Made by a program: the position numbers and the translations under genes. Of a DNA stretch of 64,000 bases, positions 26,389 to 35,468 are shown piece by piece (the stretch's first letter is position 1; every line of letters starts with the position of its first letter). Where the stretch lies: assembly GCA_020350825.1 (NCBI GenBank), contig CP070724.1, forward strand, positions 1,316,889 to 1,380,888, read 5' to 3'. This DNA comes from Thermoplasmatales archaeon. GTDB taxonomy: Archaea > Thermoplasmatota > E2 > DHVEG-1. The notes below the pieces were generated by a model. The model made no database searches and was not told where the DNA came from. It worked only from the letters and a program-made list of their open reading frames with translations.

Positions 26389-26790
26389 TTATGCATATCC
26401 AGTTATACCTGAATCAATCCAAGTTGTATTTTTAACACATTGTGAGCCATGTTGAAGTGTTTCCTCAATAGTTTTCTTGAGTAAGGTTGGGTATATTGCG
26501 CCAACAAGTTCCTGGATGGGCTTTCCCTTGCAGAAAAATTTGAAGGTAGGTGTACCCATAATCCCATATCTACTAACAATAGTTGGGTTATCCGCTACAT
26601 TAACGTTAGCGAAAACAACCTTGTCTTTAAACTCATTAGCATATTTCTCAAAATGTGGTTCTATTGCCTGACAATGTGGACACGAATTACTGTAAAACAT
26701 TACCATAACAGGTTTTTCTTCTTTTTCAACATTTTTCTCCCAGTTAGCATCATTTAACTCGATAATATCCTGAGTATTCATATGAAACAC
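26389..26790 (-). CDS. Thioredoxin (CPHC active site)
   Basis: VMFYSNSCPHCQAIEP...GIMGTPTFKFF. Confidence 0.8.
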   Translation of the reverse strand: MFHMNTQDIIELNDANWEKNVEKEEKPVMVMFYSNSCPHCQAIEPHFEKYANEFKDKVVFANVNVADNPTIVSRYGIMGTPTFKFFCKGKPIQELVGAIYPTLLKKTIEETLQHGSQCVKNTTWIDSGITGYA

Positions 26791-27061
26791 CTACTATTCT
26801 AGGATTAAACATTATTTTTTTTATTTTTTCTATCATTTGCAAAATAGTTCTAATTCTGTATGTATATGTATCTATATAATTTATAATCTTCCAATATTCT
26901 TATGTTTATTTATATAGGTGATGTATCTAACCATTTGGAAAGTATTTAAAATTGTCAAGCATTTAAAGAATTTTTGCAAAATTCAATTATTGCGATATTA
27001 AAAGTCGTTAATCCAAGTAAACAAATTAGCAAATATTAGGGATACCAGTTTTTTACCACCC

Positions 27062-27646
27062 TCATTGTCTAAATCTTTTTTCATTTTTTCGAATTGCCTT
27101 CATTTTAGATCTAACAATATTAAGGTTAATCTCGCCATTCTTATATGCCCCTATAAATGTCTTTGCATCGACGCTATAGATCATCGAATCACACATTTGA
27201 TGATACTCAGAGCAAGCAGTACTTGTCACTTCATCAATAACATCCACTGTAATTTCGGAGGTGAAATGAAAATCCTCTGAAAGAAACACATCAACACCAT
27301 TCTTCAAAACAGAAACAAGGATACTACAATCATTAGCGATATCATCAGCTTTTATACCATGATGTTTCTCCATCGAAAGAATGCATTTTCTTCCAAAAGC
27401 ATTGGATAACAATCTGTTTTTGAAATCAATTATAGTTGCATGAGAACGCTTCCATCTTTTTATAGCAAGTTTATACGTCAATGGCGTGATACGTCCCCAG
27501 ATCCTTAGCTGTTCCAATTCTGATACAACTGTAGTGGTAATGAAGCAAGGGACTACATCACGTGCTAATGCTTTAATCGCCTTATCAATTAATGGGTCAT
27601 CTTTTAGCAAAAATGAAGTATCAAAGGAAACACTCCTAACTTGCAT
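27062..27646 (-). CDS. PIN-domain protein with a C-terminal extension
   Basis: The acidic tetrad pattern is FDTSFLL, VSELEQ, ANDCSILV and LSEDFHF. No adjacent antitoxin-like ORF. Confidence 0.45.
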   Translation of the reverse strand: MQVRSVSFDTSFLLKDDPLIDKAIKALARDVVPCFITTTVVSELEQLRIWGRITPLTYKLAIKRWKRSHATIIDFKNRLLSNAFGRKCILSMEKHHGIKADDIANDCSILVSVLKNGVDVFLSEDFHFTSEITVDVIDEVTSTACSEYHQMCDSMIYSVDAKTFIGAYKNGEINLNIVRSKMKAIRKNEKRFRQ

Positions 27647-27780
27647 TAATATGAATAAAACATGTTTTGTTTTAGTATTTTACTATGGTTAATTTTTGTT
27701 TAAAATATTCATATTTTCATTATTTTTATTTTAACAATGTCCGCTATAAATCGAAAAGATTAAATACCATTAGAAACAAT

Positions 27781-27798
27781 AATTAACAATTGTTAATT
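27781..27798. promoter_or_regulatory. 18-bp perfect palindrome AATTAACAATTGTTAATT immediately upstream of a TATA-like box
   Basis: It lies 33 nt upstream of the ATG at 27831 and is followed by cacc-TATAAATA. Confidence 0.5.
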
Positions 27799-27830
27799 CA
27801 CCTATAAATATTCATAGAAAGAGGAATAAA

Positions 27831-28529
27831 ATGAAGAGATTATTTGGAAAAAAGAAACCATTATTTAAGAACATTATCAATCCACCATTTTGGGTTATAG
27901 TAATAGTTCTTTTAGGAATGATATCATTTAGCGGGTGCCTGCAGGATGATTTGGTATTAGATCATGTTGAGATAAGGGAATATCAAGGAGAGAGACTTTC
28001 ATCTATTAACGATTTTCGAGAAAATTCTATTAAAGGTCCACAATATGTAGACAAAGAAAATTATACTCTTAAAATAACGGGTTTGATTGAAAATCCTAAA
28101 AACTTCTCATATAATGAAATCATAAATAATTTTCCTATATATACAAAAGTAGTTACTCTTTACTGTGTGGAAGGATGGAGCACCAAAATTCTTTGGGAGG
28201 GTTTCTTATTAAGTGATATTCTAGAAGAAACTAATCCTTTATCTGAAGGAAATGTAATAATATTCCATGCTTATGACGGTTACACTACATCGTTACCCTT
28301 AGAATATGTAAAAAATAAAAATATAATTATTGCATATAAAATGAATAACGTCACGCTACCACCTGAAAGAGGGTTTCCTTTTCAACTTGTTGCTGAAAGC
28401 AAATGGGGATATAAATGGATCAAATGGATAACTGAAATAGAGTTGTCAGATAATACTAATTACAAAGGATTTTGGGAAAGTAGAGGCTATTCAAATAAAG
28501 GAGATTTAAATGAGAGTTATTTCGAATAA
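27831..28529 (+). CDS. MsrP/YedY-like molybdopterin-dependent oxidoreductase domain protein, membrane/lipobox-anchored
   Basis: N-terminal TM followed by SFSGC. LYCVEGWSTKILWEGF (Mo-ligand Cys context of the sulfite-oxidase/YedY fold) and RGFPFQLVAESKWGYKWIKW. Confidence 0.7.
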   Translation: MKRLFGKKKPLFKNIINPPFWVIVIVLLGMISFSGCLQDDLVLDHVEIREYQGERLSSINDFRENSIKGPQYVDKENYTLKITGLIENPKNFSYNEIINNFPIYTKVVTLYCVEGWSTKILWEGFLLSDILEETNPLSEGNVIIFHAYDGYTTSLPLEYVKNKNIIIAYKMNNVTLPPERGFPFQLVAESKWGYKWIKWITEIELSDNTNYKGFWESRGYSNKGDLNESYFE

Positions 28530-28587
28530 TTATTCTCCTTCGTAAAAACAATTGGATTTTTAGATTATAAAAGATAAGAATTATTAA

Positions 28588-30036
28588 TTGGAGAAAAAGG
28601 TAATGAAAAGAAAAACAATTAATTATACCACAAGTCTAGTATTAACAGCAATATTTTTTATTGTTGGAATAACGGGAATTCTTATTTTTCCAGGATTTTT
28701 ACAATTTTTTGGAGTAAATCTAAATTCTCTCCCTAAAGTTCAGATATACAAATTTCACAATTGGTTTGGGCTTCTATTAATGATTATTGTTAGTATACAT
28801 GCAGAACTTCATTGGAAACGGATCGTTGGAATGACAAAACGATTATTTGGTAAAACCAAATTAAAGAAGAAAATAAAGTCAAAAAGAAAAATTGCAAATT
28901 ATTTAATTGGAATATCCTTGTTCGTCCCATATTTTTTAGTAGTTTTTACAGGAATCATAAAATTTCCAGGATTTCTCCCATTTCTCGGGATAAATCCTTT
29001 AACCGTTCCAATAAACGAGATATCTGCAATTCATGATTGGTCTGGAGTGATTGCTGTTTGTCTAACTTTTATTCATTTAGCTCTACATTTAAAATGGTTA
29101 AAATCAACAACAAAATCATTTGTTCAATCAATTAAAAAATCAAATATTAAAAAAAAGAAAGTAGTAATTGTAACTGCGATAGTTGTAGCTACTCTAATGA
29201 CAGTTTTTACCTTCCCAAATCCAAGTTCCCCTATTATCCTCGGTTTTGATATATTTAATTCATCTGAAGGTACAATTTCGATAAGTGGAGTTGGTTCGTT
29301 TACTTATAATCCCAATAATATGACAACATTGCGAAAAGATATCTTCCAAGAAGGGTATTTTTCAGTTTTTGATATTTTAGTCTACTTACATAATAATGAT
29401 CAAATCAACATGAAATATCATTTTAATGAAAAAATGAATACGTATGTAATCGATTCGATTAATGGCATCAGCAACTGGTGGTATGAGGCATATTATGATG
29501 GTGGTTGGCCAGAATTCAATGTTTTTAGAATGGATCATTATCCATACAAGGAAAAGATGACTATCGAGATATATCACATGAGTGCATCTGATATTGATGA
29601 AATTTATGACGAGTTCAAAAAAGAAGTTGACAGAAAACAACAAAATAATGGTAAAATTATTATTCCAACTGTTATAATCCGAGGAACAAAAGAGACCTTG
29701 AGTTTTTCAAATGTTGAAGTAACCTCTCATAATCTTAGGAACGATGTGTTTCAAAAGAATATTGTCACGGCCATTGATGTCATATTAACGTTGGGAGATG
29801 AAGGTAAACTTACATACGATTTACAATGGTATGATTCAATTGGATCTGCGGAAGTAGTAAGAAGTTATTGGATTGATGGAATTGATGAAGACAAATCTGT
29901 TGGTCGTTGTGGATTTGTTTACGAAGAAGGATCATATCAATTCAGTAGTTTTCGAGGAAATCATATTCATATTCCTTCAGATACAAGAGTATTAACTTCT
30001 CCTGAATACATAGAATGGTTTTGGATTTGTATTTAA
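28588..30036 (+). CDS. Membrane protein with two DUF4405-like (cytochrome b-type) modules and a ~280-aa C-terminal domain of unknown function
   Basis: The TM pattern is duplicated, with conserved His pairs (FHNWFGLLLMIIVSIHAELHWKRI and IHDWSGVIAVCLTFIHLALHLKWL). The C-terminal soluble part has no motif I recognise. Confidence 0.5.
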   Translation: MEKKVMKRKTINYTTSLVLTAIFFIVGITGILIFPGFLQFFGVNLNSLPKVQIYKFHNWFGLLLMIIVSIHAELHWKRIVGMTKRLFGKTKLKKKIKSKRKIANYLIGISLFVPYFLVVFTGIIKFPGFLPFLGINPLTVPINEISAIHDWSGVIAVCLTFIHLALHLKWLKSTTKSFVQSIKKSNIKKKKVVIVTAIVVATLMTVFTFPNPSSPIILGFDIFNSSEGTISISGVGSFTYNPNNMTTLRKDIFQEGYFSVFDILVYLHNNDQINMKYHFNEKMNTYVIDSINGISNWWYEAYYDGGWPEFNVFRMDHYPYKEKMTIEIYHMSASDIDEIYDEFKKEVDRKQQNNGKIIIPTVIIRGTKETLSFSNVEVTSHNLRNDVFQKNIVTAIDVILTLGDEGKLTYDLQWYDSIGSAEVVRSYWIDGIDEDKSVGRCGFVYEEGSYQFSSFRGNHIHIPSDTRVLTSPEYIEWFWICI

Positions 30037-30177
30037 GAAAAAAATAGTTAAAATGATCCTTAGAATTATTTTATCAATTTAACTAGTCTTTTAGGAATCA
30101 TAGGCTAAGTTTTTACTATTACAACCAATAGAACGGAAAATACCTGATAAAGTAAAGTCAATTCCACCGAGTTTGAG

Positions 30178-30293
30178 TGTCGGGGGCGGGATCTGAACCC
30201 GCGACCTCCTGATATCTTAGCGCAAGGCTAAATAACGAACCTTTTAGCTGAGCTTATGAGTCAGGCGCTCTGACCAGGCTGAGCCACCCCGAC
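30178..30293 (-). tRNA. tRNA with CAU anticodon (elongator Met or Ile2) containing a ~41-nt intron 3' of position 37
   Basis: The reverse complement folds as acceptor GTCGGGG/CCCCGAC, D stem GCTC/GAGC, anticodon stem CCTGA/TCAGG interrupted after CTCATA, and T arm GCGGG-TTCAGAT-CCCGC with discriminator A. G1:C72 argues against an initiator. Confidence 0.85.
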
Positions 30294-30374
30294 ATTACAG
30301 ATAGCAGAATACCAGGACTGTTTATAAAAACTTTCTTGATGTTATGTACAAAATCTATTTTTGCTTGAATAAAA

Positions 30375-30782
30375 TTATTCCATTACCAATTTTTCCTTAG
30401 AACGTAAAAAAATAACTGATAAGGATAATTTCTTTAACCTATTCCTTAGTTCCCTATCATTTGTAACTACAATTCCATTAATTTTTTTAGCCAAATCTAA
30501 AATTGAGTCATCTCCTCCCTTCTCATCTACGTTAATAGCGTCATATTTTTTTATTAGTTTCAAAGAAGCTTTTGCCTTCGTCTTTTTCTCGCCTCTTCCA
30601 TTTTCTGACATAAACTCTAACTCTCTTACAATAGGTGTTGGAATCACTATATGATAGCTACCTAAAAGTCTAGTAAGCTCTTTTTCCAAATCAATGGAAA
30701 ATTCAAAAAGCATCAATATAGCACTACTATCTAAGATCACTGTTTTGTGTATTTTATCTCCCCATAGCCTATCAGATGCCAT
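30375..30782 (-). CDS. PIN-domain protein, Fcf1/Utp24-like
   Basis: [25 protein letters not shown]. It overlaps eIF2gamma by 46 nt as listed. An in-frame GTG at 30740 forming GTGA with the eIF2gamma stop is a plausible real start. Confidence 0.65.
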   Translation of the reverse strand: MASDRLWGDKIHKTVILDSSAILMLFEFSIDLEKELTRLLGSYHIVIPTPIVRELEFMSENGRGEKKTKAKASLKLIKKYDAINVDEKGGDDSILDLAKKINGIVVTNDRELRNRLKKLSLSVIFLRSKEKLVME

Positions 30783-31981
30783 TTTCCTTCTATTCTTCGG
30801 CTTACAGCAATCCTCTGTCCTTCCTCGGCACAGACAGACAATTTTAGTTTAACTCTCACCTTATTTTCACGTATTTCTGTTATGATTCCAACAGTTGTCG
30901 CTGTTCCCACGGTGAGCATGAGAGGTTCATTCGTTTTTAAAGGTTCAACATTTTTTTCATCTATTGTTCCAACAACACGTTTCAATAAGTGCATCGACAA
31001 ATCAAAACTTTCTAAAACTAGAGGAAGTTGTCCTGGTTTCCCTACAACTCTACCTGAAAAAGAATCAGATTTAACTCTTGACGGATCTAGTAAGGTACCA
31101 ATAGCAAGTAAACCTCCAGGGGTAGCTTTATCTGTGGATTTGCCGCCAGTAAAAAAGGAATGCGCCTTTGTGACGATAGGTTCTAATGATTGTTTCCCAT
31201 CAACCTCTATTCTTCTACCAGGAGATATCTCGATCTCATCACCTTTATTCAAAATGCCTTGTATCAATGTTCCTCCTACAACCCCACCTTTCATATCATT
31301 GGGTCTAGACCCTGGTTTATTAACATCAAAACTTCTAGCTACATACATAAGTGGAGGCTTATCAATATCTCCCTCCAATGCAGGTATATGTTCTTGCATT
31401 GTTTTGATTAGGACGTCTATGTTTATATCGTGATGGGCACTCACAGGTATGATAGGGGCACCTTCTGCACAGGTACCTTTTACGAAATTTACGATCTGTT
31501 CATAATTCTTTACAGCAGCTTTTTCAGATACAAGATCTATTTTGTTCTGAACTATAACAATATTTTTTGTACCTGCGATTTCTAATGCTGTCAAATGTTC
31601 TCTCGTCTGGGGCTGTGGACACTGTTCATTAGCAGCAATAACAAGTATCGCACCATCCATAATAGCAGCACCGGATAGCATTGTTGCCATCAAGGTTTCG
31701 TGACCGGGTGCATCAACAAAAGAAACCACTCTAAGTAGTTCACAAGGACTTTTGCATTGAGGGCATTTTTTATCTGTAGTATAACATTGAGGCTCATCGC
31801 AGTTTGGACATTTATAGAATGCAGCATCAGCATACCCAAGTCTTATTGAAATACCTCTTTTTAATTCCTCAGAGTGTTCATCTGTCCATTTACCAGTTAA
31901 CCTCTGTGTTAACGTCGTTTTACCGTGATCCACATGGCCGATCATTCCAATATTTACTTCAGGTGGTTTAGGAAAACTCAT
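30737..31981 (-). CDS. eif2g: Translation initiation factor 2 subunit gamma
   Basis: [11 protein letters not shown]1 motif, zinc knuckle [25 protein letters not shown]4. Confidence 0.95.
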   Translation of the reverse strand: MSFPKPPEVNIGMIGHVDHGKTTLTQRLTGKWTDEHSEELKRGISIRLGYADAAFYKCPNCDEPQCYTTDKKCPQCKSPCELLRVVSFVDAPGHETLMATMLSGAAIMDGAILVIAANEQCPQPQTREHLTALEIAGTKNIVIVQNKIDLVSEKAAVKNYEQIVNFVKGTCAEGAPIIPVSAHHDINIDVLIKTMQEHIPALEGDIDKPPLMYVARSFDVNKPGSRPNDMKGGVVGGTLIQGILNKGDEIEISPGRRIEVDGKQSLEPIVTKAHSFFTGGKSTDKATPGGLLAIGTLLDPSRVKSDSFSGRVVGKPGQLPLVLESFDLSMHLLKRVVGTIDEKNVEPLKTNEPLMLTVGTATTVGIITEIRENKVRVKLKLSVCAEEGQRIAVSRRIEGKWHLIGYGEIKYTKQ

Positions 31982-32397
31982 TCTTGATCCTCTTTTTTAT
32001 CTCCTTCTTCCTTTTTTTCTATCTTAATAAGATCTTCAATACGTTTTGAGCTGTGTTTTATTACTTTCATGTTGATTTGTACTATATCTGGATTTATTGT
32101 ATTTCCTCGAATAGATTTCTTCTTTCTTTTACCAGAATCCTTTGGTTTGAATCCCAAGCCCTCACTTAATAGAATTCTTCTTCTTACAGTCCCAGGAAAG
32201 TCTTTTCTCATTGGAAATCCATCTTTATTAGTACCACCAGTTATTTGCAGTTTATATCCGGGTAATGAAACAAAAATACCATCTACTTCGTCACTTATTT
32301 TTTTACCTATTAAAGAATTCGCATGATGACCGCTAACTTGGATATTATGTGATTTACCATTTTTTGTGTCGTTTACTACAACCTTGAATTCTACCAT
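31978..32397 (-). CDS. rps6e: 30S ribosomal protein S6e
   Basis: [14 protein letters not shown]...[13 protein letters not shown]. It overlaps eIF2gamma by 4 nt. Confidence 0.9.
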   Translation of the reverse strand: MVEFKVVVNDTKNGKSHNIQVSGHHANSLIGKKISDEVDGIFVSLPGYKLQITGGTNKDGFPMRKDFPGTVRRRILLSEGLGFKPKDSGKRKKKSIRGNTINPDIVQINMKVIKHSSKRIEDLIKIEKKEEGDKKEDQE

Positions 32398-32648
32398 GCC
32401 TGTTTCTCCTTCAAATTTTTAATATCAATTTATTAACAGTAACATATCTATAGTTTACAACAAGTGGAATAGTGGATATTTTATAAACCTTCTCCCTAAT
32501 TTTCAACCTGATAATACGTTTCAAACTATGTTTGCATTGTTTTTAAAATGTTATGGATTTTTATGGTTCAATTGTCTTTATACCCTCAAAAAGAATATAA
32601 GGAATAAGTATATTCCAAGTCGTTTTTATATTTTAGAAAAGTGATAAG

Positions 32649-33254
32649 ATGTATACATCAGTAAAATTGGACGATACAATACGAGTACCTCCAGAACGAT
32701 TTGGTGAAGATTTAGATGTGGTTGTAAAGGACATCGTTCAAAAGACCTTCGAAGGAGTTATCAGAAAAAATCATGGATTAATTGTTGCAGTAGATAACAT
32801 AAATACTTTAGGAGATGGAATTGTTATTCATGGGGATGGAGGCATGTATCAAAAGGTTGAATTCGATGCATTAACCTTCAATCCAGCATTACAAGAAATC
32901 ACTGATGCAATAGTGTGTGAGATTGTAGAGTTTGGTGCTTTTTGTCATATGGGTCCTTTTGATGCGCTAATACATATGAGCCAAATCATGAATGACTATG
33001 TTAATGTAGATGCAGAAAACGAAAGAATAACAGGTAAAGAAAATAAAAGAGTATTAAAGGTTGGAGATCCGGTTAGAGCTAGAATAGTTGCTATAAGTTT
33101 AAATGAGCTATCGGCTAGAGAAAGTAAAATTGGTCTTACCATGAGACAACCTGCTCTTGGCGCTCATGAATGGCTGAAAGAACCAGAACCCGAGGATAAA
33201 AAAAAGGAACCTAAAAAGAAAGAAGGTAGAAAGAGGAAGAAGGGTAGGAAATGA
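32649..33254 (+). CDS. rpoE: DNA-directed RNA polymerase subunit E' (Rpo7) with S1 domain and a K/E-rich tail
   Basis: The N-terminus MYTSVKLDDTIRVPPERFG is typical of Rpo7. S1-like GDPVRARIVAISL. Confidence 0.9.
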   Translation: MYTSVKLDDTIRVPPERFGEDLDVVVKDIVQKTFEGVIRKNHGLIVAVDNINTLGDGIVIHGDGGMYQKVEFDALTFNPALQEITDAIVCEIVEFGAFCHMGPFDALIHMSQIMNDYVNVDAENERITGKENKRVLKVGDPVRARIVAISLNELSARESKIGLTMRQPALGAHEWLKEPEPEDKKKEPKKKEGRKRKKGRK

Positions 33255-33436
33255 AGAGTCTAAGCGCCTGTAGGAACTGTCACTTATTAACAGAGAAAGA
33301 CCGTTGCCCTTATTGTTCAGATCAAACTGTAAAACGGTGGAGCGGTTACGTTATTATTCGTAACCCTGCTAAATCTCAGATTGCCAAGAAAATGAATATT
33401 ACGAAACCTGGTAAATACGCGCTGAAGGTAAGGTAG
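33251..33436 (+). CDS. spt4: Transcription elongation factor Spt4 (RpoE'')
   Basis: Zinc ribbon CRNCHLLTEKDRCPYC. It overlaps rpoE by 4 nt, the conserved gene order. Confidence 0.85.
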   Translation: MKSLSACRNCHLLTEKDRCPYCSDQTVKRWSGYVIIRNPAKSQIAKKMNITKPGKYALKVR

Positions 33437-33438
33437 TA

Positions 33439-33939
33439 ATGCTTGTTTTACCTGAAAATCTGAGAGAGAAGTTAAAGGAACCCTTAGGAAATCTCGTGGA
33501 TGAACAGGAACTTTTGAGGCTGTTACAAAACGAGAAATATATTGTTTCAGTGGGTGATTTGGTAACGTTTACGCTACTTAATAATGGAATTAATCCAATA
33601 ATTTGCATTATTGATTATATCCTTGAACGCAAAGAGTCTTCTCCGAAAATGAGAGAGAAAATTCAGAGATTTGGTAAAAAACATATAAAAATAAAAAATC
33701 CTCCGGGCACCATAACCGATGAATTATGGAGTGCCATAGAATCTGCTTATAAATCTTTGGAGGATGGTCCGCTTTGTATAGAAATCGACGGTGAAGAAGA
33801 TCTTGCTGCACTTGCTGCTATTTACATGGCTCCACTGGACGTAACAATAATATATGGATTGCCAAATAAAGGGGTCGTAGTTGTAAAGGCTACTAAGGCT
33901 CAAAAAAGTCAAGTAAAAGAGATATTAGACAGAATGTGA
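33439..33939 (+). CDS. DUF359/UPF0218 protein (archaeal GTP-dependent dephospho-CoA kinase family)
   Basis: VSVGDLVT...PIICIIDYILERK...NPPGTIT...DGEEDLAALAAI...YGLPNKGVVVV, in the conserved position after spt4. Confidence 0.75.
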   Translation: MLVLPENLREKLKEPLGNLVDEQELLRLLQNEKYIVSVGDLVTFTLLNNGINPIICIIDYILERKESSPKMREKIQRFGKKHIKIKNPPGTITDELWSAIESAYKSLEDGPLCIEIDGEEDLAALAAIYMAPLDVTIIYGLPNKGVVVVKATKAQKSQVKEILDRM

Positions 33940-34496
33940 TAGGTATGGAAATAGAAATTCAATCAAAAACCAATAATCCATTGTTGAATAGAACTGAAGT
34001 TCATTTTATTATACACCATGAGGGAGAAAGCACGCCGAAGCGTGAACTTATTAGAGGTGAACTTGCAGAAAAACTCAAAGTAAAAAAGGAAAATATTATG
34101 ATCAACTACATGAAATCAAGCTTTGGCACTACAGACACGTTAGGATATGCCAAAGTTTATAAATCCTTAAAAGAGGTAAAAGCTGGGGAAAGAGAATATA
34201 TCCTTATAAGAAACAATATTCTAGTTAAAGAGAAAAAACCAGTTAAGGAAGAAAAGAAGAAACCAGTTGAACCATCAGAGGAAGAACCAGAAGAAGGCGC
34301 TGAGAAACCTGCAGAAGAGACTGCTGTAAAAGTTGAAGAGGGAAAGGTCGAAGAAACTGCCGAAAAACCTGATGAGAAGAAAGAAGAATCGACTGAAAAA
34401 CCGACAAGTGAAGAGAAAATTCACGAAGAAAAACATGATGAAAAGAAATCTGAGGAAGATGTTGAAAGACCAAAAGATGAAGAAAAACCTGCTTAG
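33936..34496 (+). CDS. rps24e: 30S ribosomal protein S24e with a ~85-aa E/K-rich C-terminal extension
   Basis: The core [34 protein letters not shown] is followed by a low-complexity [22 protein letters not shown]... tail. Confidence 0.85.
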   Translation: MIGMEIEIQSKTNNPLLNRTEVHFIIHHEGESTPKRELIRGELAEKLKVKKENIMINYMKSSFGTTDTLGYAKVYKSLKEVKAGEREYILIRNNILVKEKKPVKEEKKKPVEPSEEEPEEGAEKPAEETAVKVEEGKVEETAEKPDEKKEESTEKPTSEEKIHEEKHDEKKSEEDVERPKDEEKPA

Positions 34497-34513
34497 GAAA
34501 AGAAGGAATAGCC

Positions 34514-34834
34514 ATGATGAAAAGAGAGATATTCAAGATAGAAGGAGATAAGATTATTCGATTGCGTAGGAACTGCCCAAAGTGTGGTGAAGGAGTATTT
34601 CTAGCTGAACACAAAGATCGTTTAAGCTGCGGCAAGTGTGACTATACTGAATTTAAGGTTAAAAAAGATAAAAAGCCGGAAGCGACTGTTGAGGTGAAGG
34701 AAGAAGAATCGGCTAAAAAATCAGAAGAAGGTATTAAGAAACCTATAGAAGAGACTACTGTAAAACCTGATGAAGGAAAGGAAGAAGAAAAGACCGATAT
34801 ACCAGCAAGTGAGGAGAAAACAGAACAACAATAA
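34514..34834 (+). CDS. rps27ae: 30S ribosomal protein S27ae with a ~60-aa E/K-rich C-terminal extension
   Basis: Zinc ribbon [24 protein letters not shown] followed by a [17 protein letters not shown]... tail. Confidence 0.85.
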   Translation: MMKREIFKIEGDKIIRLRRNCPKCGEGVFLAEHKDRLSCGKCDYTEFKVKKDKKPEATVEVKEEESAKKSEEGIKKPIEETTVKPDEGKEEEKTDIPASEEKTEQQ

Positions 34835-34846
34835 AACTAGATATCT

Positions 34847-35365
34847 CTACCACTTATTATAATGAGTTAAAATTTTTGTATCTATCCGGGGATTAGTTGT
34901 AGCCCTGCCTTTAGGATAGCCGATGGGAATTATCGCAACTGGTCTAACATGCGTTGGTAAATTTAGAATTTTTGATGCTTCATTTTCATTAAACGCACCG
35001 ACCCAACAGGTACCTAATCCATTATCTACAGCTAAAAGCAGAATGTGCTCAACAGCTGCAGCAGAATCTTGTATACAATATAACTCTTTTCCTCTAGCTC
35101 CATATGGAGATATACGGTTTAAATTAGCGCAAACAACAATATTTATTGGTGCTTCAACAATAAATTCTTGGTCTAAGGCAGCCCTACTCAATTCTTTTTT
35201 TATTTCAATATTGTCGACAATTATAAAATCTCGTGCCTGTAAGTTTCCAGCGGATGGTGCAAGATGCGCATATTTTATGATCTCAGAAATTATGTCAGAT
35301 GACGGTTTTTTATCTGAAAAACTTCTTACACTATAGCGTTTCTGAATTGTCTCTTTTAATTCCAA
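34847..35365 (-). CDS. Nitroreductase-family flavoprotein
   Basis: RYSVRSF, APSAGNLQ, GTCWVGAF motifs. Confidence 0.75.
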   Translation of the reverse strand: MELKETIQKRYSVRSFSDKKPSSDIISEIIKYAHLAPSAGNLQARDFIIVDNIEIKKELSRAALDQEFIVEAPINIVVCANLNRISPYGARGKELYCIQDSAAAVEHILLLAVDNGLGTCWVGAFNENEASKILNLPTHVRPVAIIPIGYPKGRATTNPRIDTKILTHYNKW

Positions 35366-35468
35366 AAAATAACACCAATTTAATAATATCTCAACACGTA
35401 TAAATCACTATCCTCATTATAAATTTCAATGCCACTAACTTTTTATTATCAGCATTTGATGTCTTTTC

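Noticed and set aside
30037-30177. A possible C/D-box sRNA (TGATCC ... CTGA) downstream of the DUF4405 gene and next to the tRNA.
   Set aside because: The box C is non-canonical (no RUGAUGA), there is no C'/D' pair, and there are no terminal stems. It is most likely promoter or terminator spacer.
30882-31433. 183-aa plus-strand ORF inside the eIF2gamma gene, together with 31190..31411, 32069..32326 and similar ORFs.
   Set aside because: They lie antisense to highly conserved genes with unmistakable motifs and have no motifs of their own.
34243-34635. 130-aa minus-strand ORF and the +2-frame ORF 34333..34551 over the S24e tail.
   Set aside because: They are antisense or alternative-frame artefacts of the GAA/AAG-rich repeat that encodes the E/K tail of S24e.
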